From assembly GCA_020052615.1 (NCBI GenBank), contig JAGVOT010000123.1, positions 174 through 32,173 on the forward strand: 32,000 nt of DNA. Direction: 5' to 3'. The translations under genes and the position numbers were made by a program. Positions 24,076-32,000 of this stretch are shown here, in pieces; position 1 is the stretch's first letter, and every line of letters starts with the position of its first letter. This stretch comes from Nitrospirota bacterium. GTDB lineage: Bacteria; Nitrospirota; UBA9217. The notes beneath the pieces are model-generated. The model worked only from the letters and a program-made list of their open reading frames with translations. It made no database searches and was not told the origin of the DNA.

Positions 24076-24861
24076 ATGCGCAGGCTGGCAGGCATCGGAG
24101 CCGTCATTATGCTGTATGCGGTCACGGGTACAGCATGGGCAATGCATCCCCTTGTCACCGATGATCCCGGGACGCAGGGGAAAGGAGCCGTCCTGGTCGA
24201 GTCGAATATCAGCTATTTGAAGGACAACGAGTTCAGGTCCACCGTGGTCCCGATTGCACTTACTGTGGGGATCAGCGAGACCATGGATGCAGGCGTCGAG
24301 TCACCCTACCTTTTTCTTCGCCCCAGCGCGGCGACCGGAAATCCCGAGAGCGGGTTCAGTGATGTGAACGTCAAGTTCAAGCATCGGATCTACGAACGGG
24401 AGAAGAAGAATGGCGAACACGAGCAGTCGGAGCGTTCTCTTGCCTATCAGGTCGCCTATAGCCAGCCATCGGGCAGCGAGGAAAAAGGACTCGGCGCAGG
24501 AACAGCGCGCTGGAGCGTGCGGCTCATGGGAACCACGGAAGGGGAATCCACGGAGGTAAGCGCAAATCTCGGCTATGATTCATCGGGCAAAGCGCTCAGG
24601 CGGGGGAACTTCTTCTTCGATTACGCTGCTTCTCTGAGCGTTGCCGCGAAATATGAACGGCCGAAGCCCTGGGAGCCGGTTGTGGAGCTTTCGGTGGTCC
24701 GGGTGAAAGGCGGGGATGGATATGAACGCCTCGCCTCGGCGCTGGCGGGCATCATCTATGAACCCTCGGATCAGTATTATGTCGATGCGGGCATTCGTAT
24801 CGGGTTGAACGAACGGTCGGAGGACTATGCGCTCCTGGCAGGGTTCGGCTACAAGTTCTGA
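24076..24861 (+). CDS. Putative outer-membrane beta-barrel/transporter-like protein within the nickel operon
   Basis: ATG 24076 preceded by AGGAGG. Signal peptide MRRLAGIGAVIMLYAVTGTAWA. MHPLVTDDPGTQGKGAVLVESNISYLKDNEFR plus alternating strands ending ALLAGFGYKF. Fold resembles MetA-pathway/transporter-type OMPs. Confidence 0.75.
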   Translation: MRRLAGIGAVIMLYAVTGTAWAMHPLVTDDPGTQGKGAVLVESNISYLKDNEFRSTVVPIALTVGISETMDAGVESPYLFLRPSAATGNPESGFSDVNVKFKHRIYEREKKNGEHEQSERSLAYQVAYSQPSGSEEKGLGAGTARWSVRLMGTTEGESTEVSANLGYDSSGKALRRGNFFFDYAASLSVAAKYERPKPWEPVVELSVVRVKGGDGYERLASALAGIIYEPSDQYYVDAGIRIGLNERSEDYALLAGFGYKF

Positions 24862-24900
24862 CAAGCGCTGTTCTGAGCGCTGCGGAAAGGAAGGGAGAGC

Positions 24901-25569
24901 ATGCATATACCTGACGGTTATCTTGGTCCTTTGACCTACGGCACGATGTATGCCGCAGCGCTCCCGTTCTGGGCTGCGGCATCATGGAAACTGAACAGGA
25001 CGCTGAAGGCCAAGCAGGCCCCGTTTCTGGCGATCGGCGCGGCTTTCAGCTTCGTCATCATGATGTTCAACATCCCTATCATCGGGGGGACCACGGGTCA
25101 TGCGACCGGCGCCACGCTCATAGCGATCCTGATAGGTCCCTGGGCTGCACTGATAGCCGTATCGGTGGCGCTCATCATCCAGGCCATTCTGTTCGGCGAC
25201 GGCGGGATCACGGCGATCGGCGCCAACTGCTTCAATATGGCCGTTGCGGGCGTGTTCGTGGGATACGCGATGTATCGCATGATCGCCGGTGATGCGGCTG
25301 TCACGAGCAGACGGCGATGGATAGCGGCAGCCGTTGCGGCATATGTAAGCCTGAACGTATCGGCCCTGATCACCGCGGTGCAATTAGGACTGCAGCCGAT
25401 CCTGGAACGGGCGCCGGACGGTCAACCGCTCTACTCGCCGTTCCCGCTGTCCATTGCCGTTCCGACAATGGCCCTTGAACATCTGCTGCTGTTCGGTTTT
25501 GTCGAAGCCGCGGTAACGGCGCTGGTGATCAAATATTTTCAAAAGAACGATCCCGAGATGCTGTCGTAG
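24901..25569 (+). CDS. cbiM: CbiM/NikM energy-coupling factor transporter substrate-specific component
   Basis: MHIPDGYLGPLTYGTMYAAALPFW N-terminus (metal-binding His-2) and IGGTTGHATGATLIAILIGPWAALIAVSVALIIQAILFGDGGITAIGANCFNMAVAG. Confidence 0.95.
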   Translation: MHIPDGYLGPLTYGTMYAAALPFWAAASWKLNRTLKAKQAPFLAIGAAFSFVIMMFNIPIIGGTTGHATGATLIAILIGPWAALIAVSVALIIQAILFGDGGITAIGANCFNMAVAGVFVGYAMYRMIAGDAAVTSRRRWIAAAVAAYVSLNVSALITAVQLGLQPILERAPDGQPLYSPFPLSIAVPTMALEHLLLFGFVEAAVTALVIKYFQKNDPEMLS

Positions 25570-25587
25570 ATCGGCAGGGAGTGCGGC

Positions 25588-25956
25588 ATGCGGAATGAAC
25601 AGCGTCAATCGACCGGAATGTCCACCGTACGGAAGCTGTGGATCGGCATCGGCATTCTGGCGCTCCTGTCGCCCCTGGGCGTGATCGTGCCGAAATGGTT
25701 CGGCGCCGAAGGCGCCTGGGGCGAGTGGGGGCTCGATGAGATCGAAAAGATCACGGGATTCGTTCCCGCAGGGATGAAGCGCCTCGCGGAGAGATGGAAG
25801 GCGCCCCTGCCCGACTATGCGGTCCCCGGCCAGGGCAGGGGGCTCGCGGGAGAGAGCCTGGGATACGTCCTGACCGGCATCATCGGTGTTGCTTTTGCCG
25901 GAGGTGCAATGTATATTCTTGCGAAACTGCTGGCGCGCAGGAAAAAATCCGACTGA
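25588..25956 (+). CDS. PDGLE-domain (NikN/CbiN-like) accessory component of Ni/Co ECF transporter
   Basis: Two TM segments. ILALLSPLGVIVPKWFGAEGAWGEWG...LPDYAVPGQGRG...LGYVLTGIIGVAFAGGAMYILAKLL, positioned between cbiM and cbiQ. Confidence 0.85.
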   Translation: MRNEQRQSTGMSTVRKLWIGIGILALLSPLGVIVPKWFGAEGAWGEWGLDEIEKITGFVPAGMKRLAERWKAPLPDYAVPGQGRGLAGESLGYVLTGIIGVAFAGGAMYILAKLLARRKKSD

Positions 25957-25980
25957 GCGCAGGGAAGAACGCACCTGCCG

Positions 25981-26865
25981 GTGGCTGACATGTCGCGAAC
26001 GAAATTCCTCGATAAAACGCTCCTTGCCGTCGCGCAGGTCGCGGAACGGTCCTTTTTTTCCGAAGAGCACGCCCGGATGAAGGGGCTGCTGCAATTGCTC
26101 GACGTCCGGATAAAACTGCTGACGTTCCTGTTCCTGCTGGTCCTGATCAGTTTTCTCCACGAGCCGCGATCATTATGGATGCTGTACGGGTTGAGCTTAA
26201 TGCTGGCCATGCTGTCCCGTGTGCCGCTCCTGTCCTTCGTGACGCGCGTCTGGCTGTTCGTGCCGCTCTTTTCCGCGGCAGTGGTCCTGCCCGCTCTTCT
26301 CAATATCATCACTCCCGGTGAGCCCTTGTGGGTGCTTGTTTCGCTGCAGCGGTCGTATTCATGGGGGCCCTATACCATTCCGCAGGAGATCGCGGTCACC
26401 CGTCAGGGACTTTGGGGAAGCATTGTCTTTGTCTCCCGCGTGGCCGCATCGGTGTCCTTTGCGGTCCTTCTGACCATGACGACGCGCTGGTCGGACATCT
26501 TTGCCGGTCTCCGGGCCCTCATGGTCCCGCGGATATTCGTCATGACCCTGAATATGACGAACCGTTACCTCTTCGTTTTTCTCCGCCTCATCCAGGACAT
26601 GTACCGGGCGAGAAAGAGCAGGACCATCCATGCTCTCTCCTCCGCCGGAGAGCGCGGATGGGTCGCGTCCCGGATCGGCGTGATCTTCAGGAAGTCGATC
26701 GAAATGAGCAACGATATCTACCTGGCCATGCTTTCCCGAGGCTATCATGGTGAGATCATCTCTTTCGAACGCTTTCGAACCAGGCTGGTCGATCACCTCT
26801 GGCTGGCCACGATCATCGCCTTCGGCGCCGTCCTGCTGGCCTTCGAAAGGGGGCGGTTCAACTGA
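25981..26865 (+). CDS. cbiQ: Cobalt/nickel ECF transporter T component CbiQ
   Basis: LDVRIKLLTFLFLLVLISFLHEPRS, LTMTTRWSDIFAGLRALMVPRIFVMTLNMTNRYLFVFLRLIQDMYRARKSR, AMLSRGYHGEI. Start may be GTG 25981 or ATG 25990. Confidence 0.93.
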   Translation: MADMSRTKFLDKTLLAVAQVAERSFFSEEHARMKGLLQLLDVRIKLLTFLFLLVLISFLHEPRSLWMLYGLSLMLAMLSRVPLLSFVTRVWLFVPLFSAAVVLPALLNIITPGEPLWVLVSLQRSYSWGPYTIPQEIAVTRQGLWGSIVFVSRVAASVSFAVLLTMTTRWSDIFAGLRALMVPRIFVMTLNMTNRYLFVFLRLIQDMYRARKSRTIHALSSAGERGWVASRIGVIFRKSIEMSNDIYLAMLSRGYHGEIISFERFRTRLVDHLWLATIIAFGAVLLAFERGRFN

Positions 26866-27977
26866 TGCCTCTGCTGAGCCTCAACAATGTCAGTTATTCA
26901 TACCTGCGCTCTGCGCCGGTGGTCCGGAACATGACCGTCGATTTCCACCAGGGCGAGAGGGCTGTGATCCTCGGGGCCAACGGAACGGGCAAATCGACCC
27001 TGCTGGCCCTGCTGAACGGCCTGGTGTTCGCCCAGCAAGGAGAGGTGCGGGCCTTCGGGACCGTACTCACGGAGCATGTGCTGGAGAACCGGGAATTCGG
27101 CGCTGAGTTCCGGAAGAAGGTCGCCTTTGTGTTCCAGAATCCCGATGTCCAGCTCTTCTCCCCGACCGTATGGGAGGATGTGGCTTTCGGTCCGCTCCAG
27201 CTTGGTCTTCCCGAGGAACGGGTACGGGACATTGTGGACGGCCTGCTCGAATCACTGCGTATCCAGGACCTTCGCGATCGCGCGCCGCACACGCTCTCGG
27301 ACGGCCAGAAGAAGAAGGTCGCCATCGCCTCCAGTCTTGCCACGGATCCCGACGTCCTCCTTATGGACGAGCCGACGAACGGTCTCGATCCGCGGACCCA
27401 GGTGTGGCTTATCGAACTTCTCCAGCGCTTGCATCAGAAGGGCAAGACCATCATCACCGCCACCCATGACCTTGCCATAGCTGTGGACATTGCGGAGCGG
27501 GCCATCGTATTTTCCGAGGACCACACGCTGGCAGGGGACGGTCCCATCGACGGCATCATCCGGAACGATGATCTGCTTCTGTCGGTGAACCTGATCCATG
27601 AGCATGCCCATAAACACGGAGGTACGGCGCATGTACACCGGCACGGCCATTTTGGTCATTACCATCTGAACGGAGGCGCGCAGGACGATATGCATAAGAG
27701 CCATTCGCACAGCCATGGACAGGGTCACGAAGCCGAACATTCACCCCAGGGGACCGAGGACCTCAAAAAACTGCACATCATGCTCGACCATTGGATAGAG
27801 CACGATGAATCCCACGGGGAAAGCTACCGTGAGTGGGCGCAGAAGGCGAGCGCCGCCGGTGAAGAGGAGATCGCCCGGGAGATACACCTTGCCATTGATG
27901 ACAGCGCGTCCGTGCGAAGCCATTTGAAGCGCGCCAAGGCGATCCTTGCCGCGAAGCTGGTGCTGAGAAAGCGATGA
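26865..27977 (+). CDS. cbiO: Ni/Co ECF transporter ATPase (CbiO) with His-rich linker and C-terminal helical extension
   Basis: Walker A GANGTGKSTLLALLNGL, signature LSDGQKKKVAIASSL, Walker B VLLMDEPTNGLD. His-rich HEHAHKHGGTAHVHRHGHFGHYH...MHKSHSHSHGQGHEAEH, then LKKLHIMLDHWIEHDESHGESYREWAQKA.... The start overlaps the cbiQ stop (TGATG). Confidence 0.93.
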   Translation: MPLLSLNNVSYSYLRSAPVVRNMTVDFHQGERAVILGANGTGKSTLLALLNGLVFAQQGEVRAFGTVLTEHVLENREFGAEFRKKVAFVFQNPDVQLFSPTVWEDVAFGPLQLGLPEERVRDIVDGLLESLRIQDLRDRAPHTLSDGQKKKVAIASSLATDPDVLLMDEPTNGLDPRTQVWLIELLQRLHQKGKTIITATHDLAIAVDIAERAIVFSEDHTLAGDGPIDGIIRNDDLLLSVNLIHEHAHKHGGTAHVHRHGHFGHYHLNGGAQDDMHKSHSHSHGQGHEAEHSPQGTEDLKKLHIMLDHWIEHDESHGESYREWAQKASAAGEEEIAREIHLAIDDSASVRSHLKRAKAILAAKLVLRKR

Positions 27978-28189
27978 AGGAATGATCGCCCAGCAATTCA
28001 ACGCTGATGAAGGCCGAGAAAAAATGAGGCTCACGTCAGCCAATTCGTCATTTCCTGTGAAACACGTCCTCGAATGCTGAAAATCGGGGAACGGGTATCC
28101 AGCAGCAAAATGATATCCTGGGTTCCCGCTTGATCAGGCATGACGGACAAGAAATAAGTCGGTGATTACGGAAGTTTTGGAGGTTTCCC

Positions 28190-28780
28190 ATGAACGACCA
28201 ATTCGATCCCGATCTGCGTGATGCCATCCAGTTCCACGGTCACCTCTGCCCGGGCCTCGCCCTGGGCTACCGGGTGGCAAAGGCCGCGCTTAAAGAGCTC
28301 AACGCAGAGCGGCCGCACGATGAGGAACTGGTGGCAGTCGTGGAGAACGATTCCTGCGCTGCCGATGCGATCCAGTTCATTACCGGCGCCACGTTCGGCA
28401 AGGGGAACCTCATCTTCCGAGACTATGGCAAGCATGTCTACACGTTCTATAATCGCCGGACCGGGAAGGGTGTGCGTATCGCCGAGGACTTTCGGGGCTT
28501 CGAGAACGATGCCCGGTATGACGAACTCAGGAAGCGGCAGCAGGCAGGGGAGGACGTTTCGCGGGAAATGGCCGAGTTCAAAATGGACAAGGTCGCCGCG
28601 GTCCTGCGGGCCGACGACAAGGACTTCCTGAAGATCGAACCGGCATCGGCGCCGGTTCCCTCCACGGCCAGGATCAGGGCATCGGTCCGGTGCGCGGTGT
28701 GCGGCGAGCGGTTTATGGAGTCCCGGGCAAGGGTATCCGGTGGAAGGTCCGTCTGCATACCCTGTTTCGAAAAAGAGTGA
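28190..28780 (+). CDS. FmdE-family protein with C-terminal zinc-ribbon-like motif
   Basis: DAIQFHGHLCPGLALGYRVAKAAL (FmdE HGHxCPG), VENDSCAADAIQFITGATFGKGNLIFRDYGKHVYTF, and CAVCGERFMESRARVSGGRSVCIPC. Confidence 0.92.
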   Translation: MNDQFDPDLRDAIQFHGHLCPGLALGYRVAKAALKELNAERPHDEELVAVVENDSCAADAIQFITGATFGKGNLIFRDYGKHVYTFYNRRTGKGVRIAEDFRGFENDARYDELRKRQQAGEDVSREMAEFKMDKVAAVLRADDKDFLKIEPASAPVPSTARIRASVRCAVCGERFMESRARVSGGRSVCIPCFEKE

Positions 28781-28821
28781 TGGCCTCGCCGCTGTAACCC
28801 CTCTATTTACCACAAATATTC

Positions 28822-28850
28822 TTGACTTTGAATCATCCTACCGTTATTAT
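28822..28850 (+). promoter_or_regulatory. Sigma-70-type promoter upstream of the ompA-family gene
   Basis: TTGACT (28822-28827), 17-nt spacer, TATTAT (28845-28850), 50 nt before ATG 28900. Confidence 0.65.
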
Positions 28851-28899
28851 AACCGTGCTCAAAAACGGCCTGCCATAGAACTTCAATAAGGAGCCCCTC

Positions 28900-29634
28900 A
28901 TGAACAAACCGGTTGTTTTTCCCTTACTTTCCTTATTGCTGTTCGTCGCGAGCGCCTGCGGCGTGCCGACGGCGGATCATTCCAAGGTGGTGGGCGATCT
29001 GGCGGATTGCGCGAAGCAGCGCGACGAGACCACGGTCCAGTCGAACCTGTGCAAGAACCAGGTGAAGAACCTCACGGCAGAGACCGAGGCCCTCAAGAAG
29101 GAGAAAGAGTCCCTTCAGAGCACCGTCAACGAACTGACGTCCAAGGCCCAGAGGGCCGAACAGCTGGAGAAGGCCACGCAGACCTACCAGGACCTCCAGA
29201 AAAAGCTCGAGCGGGAGATCCAGGACGGGCAGGTACAGTTGACGGAGATGAAGAACCGCCTGACCATGACCCTGGTGGACAAGATCCTCTTTCCCTCAGG
29301 CAGCGCGGACGTCAGCAAGGAAGGCAAGAAGGTCCTCGATAAGGTCATTACGATCCTGAAGGACGTCAAGGACAAGCGTATCCAGGTGGAGGGACACACG
29401 GACAACGTGAGGATCTACAGCGCCATCAAGACCAAGTATCCGACGAACTGGGAGCTGTCGACGGCCCGGGCCACGCAGGTCACGCGATACCTGCAGGAGG
29501 AGGGCGGCATCGACCCGAAGCTGCTCTCGGCAACGGGCTACTCGGAGTATCAGCCCGTCGCTTCGAACGATACGGATGAAGACAAATCGAAGAACCGCAG
29601 GATCGAGATCGTCCTTCTTCCTCTCCTGAAATAA
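28900..29634 (+). CDS. OmpA-family lipoprotein with coiled-coil region
   Basis: Lipobox-like LFVASACG, coiled coil, and OmpA/MotB C-terminal domain (ILFPSGSADVSKEGKKVLDKV...VEGHTDNVRI...NWELSTARATQVTRYLQEEGGIDPKLLSATGYSEYQPVASNDTDEDKSKNRRIEIVL). Confidence 0.93.
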   Translation: MNKPVVFPLLSLLLFVASACGVPTADHSKVVGDLADCAKQRDETTVQSNLCKNQVKNLTAETEALKKEKESLQSTVNELTSKAQRAEQLEKATQTYQDLQKKLEREIQDGQVQLTEMKNRLTMTLVDKILFPSGSADVSKEGKKVLDKVITILKDVKDKRIQVEGHTDNVRIYSAIKTKYPTNWELSTARATQVTRYLQEEGGIDPKLLSATGYSEYQPVASNDTDEDKSKNRRIEIVLLPLLK

Positions 29635-29647
29635 GAGCACGCAGAAA

Positions 29648-30286
29648 ATGTTCACCGGGATCATTGAAGAGATGGGCACCGTGAAGGCGCTCCGGCGGGA
29701 AGCCGGCGCCGCCCGTCTTGCCTTGTCCGCTGCAGGGGTGCTGGACGGCACGGCCCCGGGCGACAGCATCTGCGTCAACGGCGTATGTCTGACCGTGGTC
29801 GAGATGGGCAGGAACGAGTTCTCCGCAGACGTTGCCGTGGAGACGCTCCGGGTCACGAATCTCGGGGAGCTCAAGGCGGGCGCGCGGGTGAACCTTGAAC
29901 GTGCCCTTCAGCTTTCGGCACGGATAGGCGGCCATCTGGTGAGCGGGCACGTGGACGCCGTAGGCCGGCTCCGCGAGAAGCGCGACGAAGGCAACGGCTG
30001 GCGCATCTTCTTCGATGCGCCCGAAACGGTCCTCCGGTATGTCATCAAAAAGGGCTCGATTGCCATCGACGGCATCAGCCTGACGGTGGCGGATGTGGAC
30101 CGGGCGGGGTTTTCCATCGCCATGATCCCCCATACCGCCAAACTTACCACGCTGGGCTTCAAGACAGCCGGTGACAGCGTGAACCTGGAGGCGGACATCA
30201 TCGGAAAGTACGTGGAGCGGCTCCTCCCCGGAAAAGAGGCGGGGAGCGTTTCACTCGACCTGTTGCGGAAGAACGGATTCGCGTGA
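29648..30286 (+). CDS. ribE: Riboflavin synthase alpha chain
   Basis: [111 protein letters not shown]. Confidence 0.96.
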   Translation: MFTGIIEEMGTVKALRREAGAARLALSAAGVLDGTAPGDSICVNGVCLTVVEMGRNEFSADVAVETLRVTNLGELKAGARVNLERALQLSARIGGHLVSGHVDAVGRLREKRDEGNGWRIFFDAPETVLRYVIKKGSIAIDGISLTVADVDRAGFSIAMIPHTAKLTTLGFKTAGDSVNLEADIIGKYVERLLPGKEAGSVSLDLLRKNGFA

Positions 30287-30347
30287 CCCATTGGTTGGGA
30301 ACGGCCGGTGCGGAACGCCGGATCAGAGGAGACGAGGTGAGCAATTC

Positions 30348-31553
30348 ATGAAGTTCAATACGATCGAAGAGGCCCTGGAAGATATCAAGAAGGGTAAAAT
30401 GGTCATCCTGGTGGACGATGAGGACCGGGAGAACGAGGGCGACCTGACGATGGCCGCGGAGAAGGTCACGCCGGAGGCCATCAATTTCATGGCCAAGCAC
30501 GGCCGGGGGCTCATCTGCCTTTCGCTCACGCCCGAACGCGTCGAACATCTCCAGCTTCCGATGATGACCACGGACAACACATCGTCCTTCGGCACGGCGT
30601 TCACCATATCCATCGAGGCGAAAAAGGGCGTCACCACGGGCATCTCGGCGGCCGACCGCGCCACGACCATCAAGGCAGCAATCAATCCCAAGTTCGGACC
30701 CGAGGACCTGGCGCGTCCGGGCCATGTGTTCCCGCTCAGGGCAAGGCCGGGCGGGGTCCTGCAGCGCGCAGGCCAGACCGAGGGTTCCGTCGATCTGGCG
30801 CGGCTCGCAGGGCTCTACCCCTCGGGCGTGATCTGCGAGATCATGAACGACGACGGGTCCATGTCCCGCGTACCCCAGCTCATCGAGTTCGCCAAGACCC
30901 ACCACATGAAGATCATTACCGTCAAGGACCTTATCGCCTATCGGGTGAAAAAGGAGTCGCTGGTCCGCCGGGTGGCGGTGACCAAGATGCCGACGGCATA
31001 TGGTGATGAGTTCACGGCGATCCTCTATGCGAACGACATCGATGGCCTGAACCACATAGCCCTGGTGAAAGGCGATATCAAGCCCGATGACGATGTCCTC
31101 GTCCGTGTCCACTCGGAATGCCTCACCGGTGATGTCTTCGGGTCACTGCGGTGCGACTGCGGCGAACAGCTGCACAACGCCATGGAGATGATCGCTGACG
31201 CCGGAAAAGGGGTCATCCTCTACATGCGGCAGGAAGGCCGCGGGATCGGGCTCGAAGGCAAACTGAGGGCCTACGAACTTCAGGACAAGGGCAAGGACAC
31301 CGTGGAGGCGAACCTCGCTCTGGGATTCAAGGCCGACCTTCGGGACTACGGCGTCGGCGCTCAGATCCTCCGGGACCTTGGCGTGCGGAAACTGAAGCTC
31401 CTTACCAACAATCCCAAGAAGATCGTCGGCCTCGAGGGATATGGCCTGACCGTGGTGAAGCGGATGCCCATCGAGATGCATCCTCACGCAAAGAACGTCC
31501 ACTATCTCAAGGTAAAGAAGAGCAAGATGGGGCATATGCTGGAGAAAGTGTAG
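30348..31553 (+). CDS. ribBA: Bifunctional 3,4-dihydroxy-2-butanone-4-phosphate synthase / GTP cyclohydrolase II
   Basis: [33 protein letters not shown] (RibB) and [28 protein letters not shown]...[28 protein letters not shown]...[16 protein letters not shown] (RibA). Start ATG 30348. Confidence 0.96.
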   Translation: MKFNTIEEALEDIKKGKMVILVDDEDRENEGDLTMAAEKVTPEAINFMAKHGRGLICLSLTPERVEHLQLPMMTTDNTSSFGTAFTISIEAKKGVTTGISAADRATTIKAAINPKFGPEDLARPGHVFPLRARPGGVLQRAGQTEGSVDLARLAGLYPSGVICEIMNDDGSMSRVPQLIEFAKTHHMKIITVKDLIAYRVKKESLVRRVAVTKMPTAYGDEFTAILYANDIDGLNHIALVKGDIKPDDDVLVRVHSECLTGDVFGSLRCDCGEQLHNAMEMIADAGKGVILYMRQEGRGIGLEGKLRAYELQDKGKDTVEANLALGFKADLRDYGVGAQILRDLGVRKLKLLTNNPKKIVGLEGYGLTVVKRMPIEMHPHAKNVHYLKVKKSKMGHMLEKV

Positions 31554-31628
31554 CCTGTCGGTCAACAGGAAAAAGACAAGACACGAGATCCATGAGAATT
31601 CCATACTGCGCGGCAGCAGGAGGGTGTG

Positions 31629-32000
31629 ATGCCAAAGATTATCCAGGGTGATCTGAATGCGAAAGGTCTGAAATTCGGGATCGTCGCGTCGCGGTTCAAC
31701 GATTTCATCACCGCAAGGCTTCTCGACGGCGCCGTAGACGGCCTGACGAGGCACGGCGCTTCTGATGCCGACATCGAGGTGGTCCGGGTCCCGGGGGCCT
31801 ACGAGATACCCCTTATTGCGCGGCAGCTGGCGAGGTCAAAGAAGTACAGCGCGGTCATCTGCCTGGGCGCCGTCATCCGCGGGGCAACGCCGCACTTTGA
31901 GTATGTGAGCGCCGAGGTGAGCAAGGGCGTTGCGGCGGTCTCCATGGAAACAGGGGTTCCCGTGGTTTTCGGCGTCCTGACCACCGACACCATCGAACAG
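31629..32000 (+). CDS. ribH: 6,7-dimethyl-8-ribityllumazine synthase (3' end outside window)
   Basis: ATG 31629; [124 protein letters not shown]. Confidence 0.95.
   Translation, partial: MPKIIQGDLNAKGLKFGIVASRFNDFITARLLDGAVDGLTRHGASDADIEVVRVPGAYEIPLIARQLARSKKYSAVICLGAVIRGATPHFEYVSAEVSKGVAAVSMETGVPVVFGVLTTDTIEQ

Noticed and set aside
29635-29647. Possible FMN riboswitch upstream of ribE
   Set aside because: Only 13 nt separate the ompA-like stop from the ribE start, and no RFN-like conserved elements are visible there or in the preceding leader.

Overview
This is a GC-rich bacterial chromosomal window whose organisation looks deltaproteobacterial or Nitrospirota-like (inference only). It is densely coded, almost entirely on the + strand. 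Three blocks are recognisable. (1) About 0-20.6 kb holds a subtilisin-like (S8) protease with C-terminal tandem repeats. It is followed by a Wzx/Wzy-type exopolysaccharide/O-polysaccharide locus: Wzx-like flippase, GT4 glycosyltransferase, TylF-like methyltransferase, sulfotransferase, WecG/TagA-type glycosyltransferase, secreted beta-helix protein, Wzy-like polymerase, two SAM methyltransferases, SLBB export protein, Wzz-like protein, Wzi-like protein and WecA-like transferase. This block is interrupted by a SCO-family gene translationally coupled to a secreted cytochrome c / periplasmic-binding-protein fusion. (2) About 20.7-28.8 kb holds a PAS-GGDEF protein, FdhD (-), an envelope beta-barrel-like protein (-), and a nickel-type ECF transporter operon (nikR, outer-membrane-protein-like gene, cbiM, PDGLE/NikN, cbiQ, cbiO with a His-rich extension), then an FmdE-like gene. 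(3) About 28.8-32 kb holds an OmpA-family lipoprotein and ribE-ribBA-ribH (ribH is cut by the window edge). The strongest observations are the SCO plus cytochrome c-PBP pair inside a polysaccharide locus, a 13-bp-arm perfect palindrome over the nikR promoter and Shine-Dalgarno, the OMP-like gene inside the nickel operon, and the His-rich helical extension on CbiO. I found no CRISPR array, tRNA, rRNA or clear mobile element.
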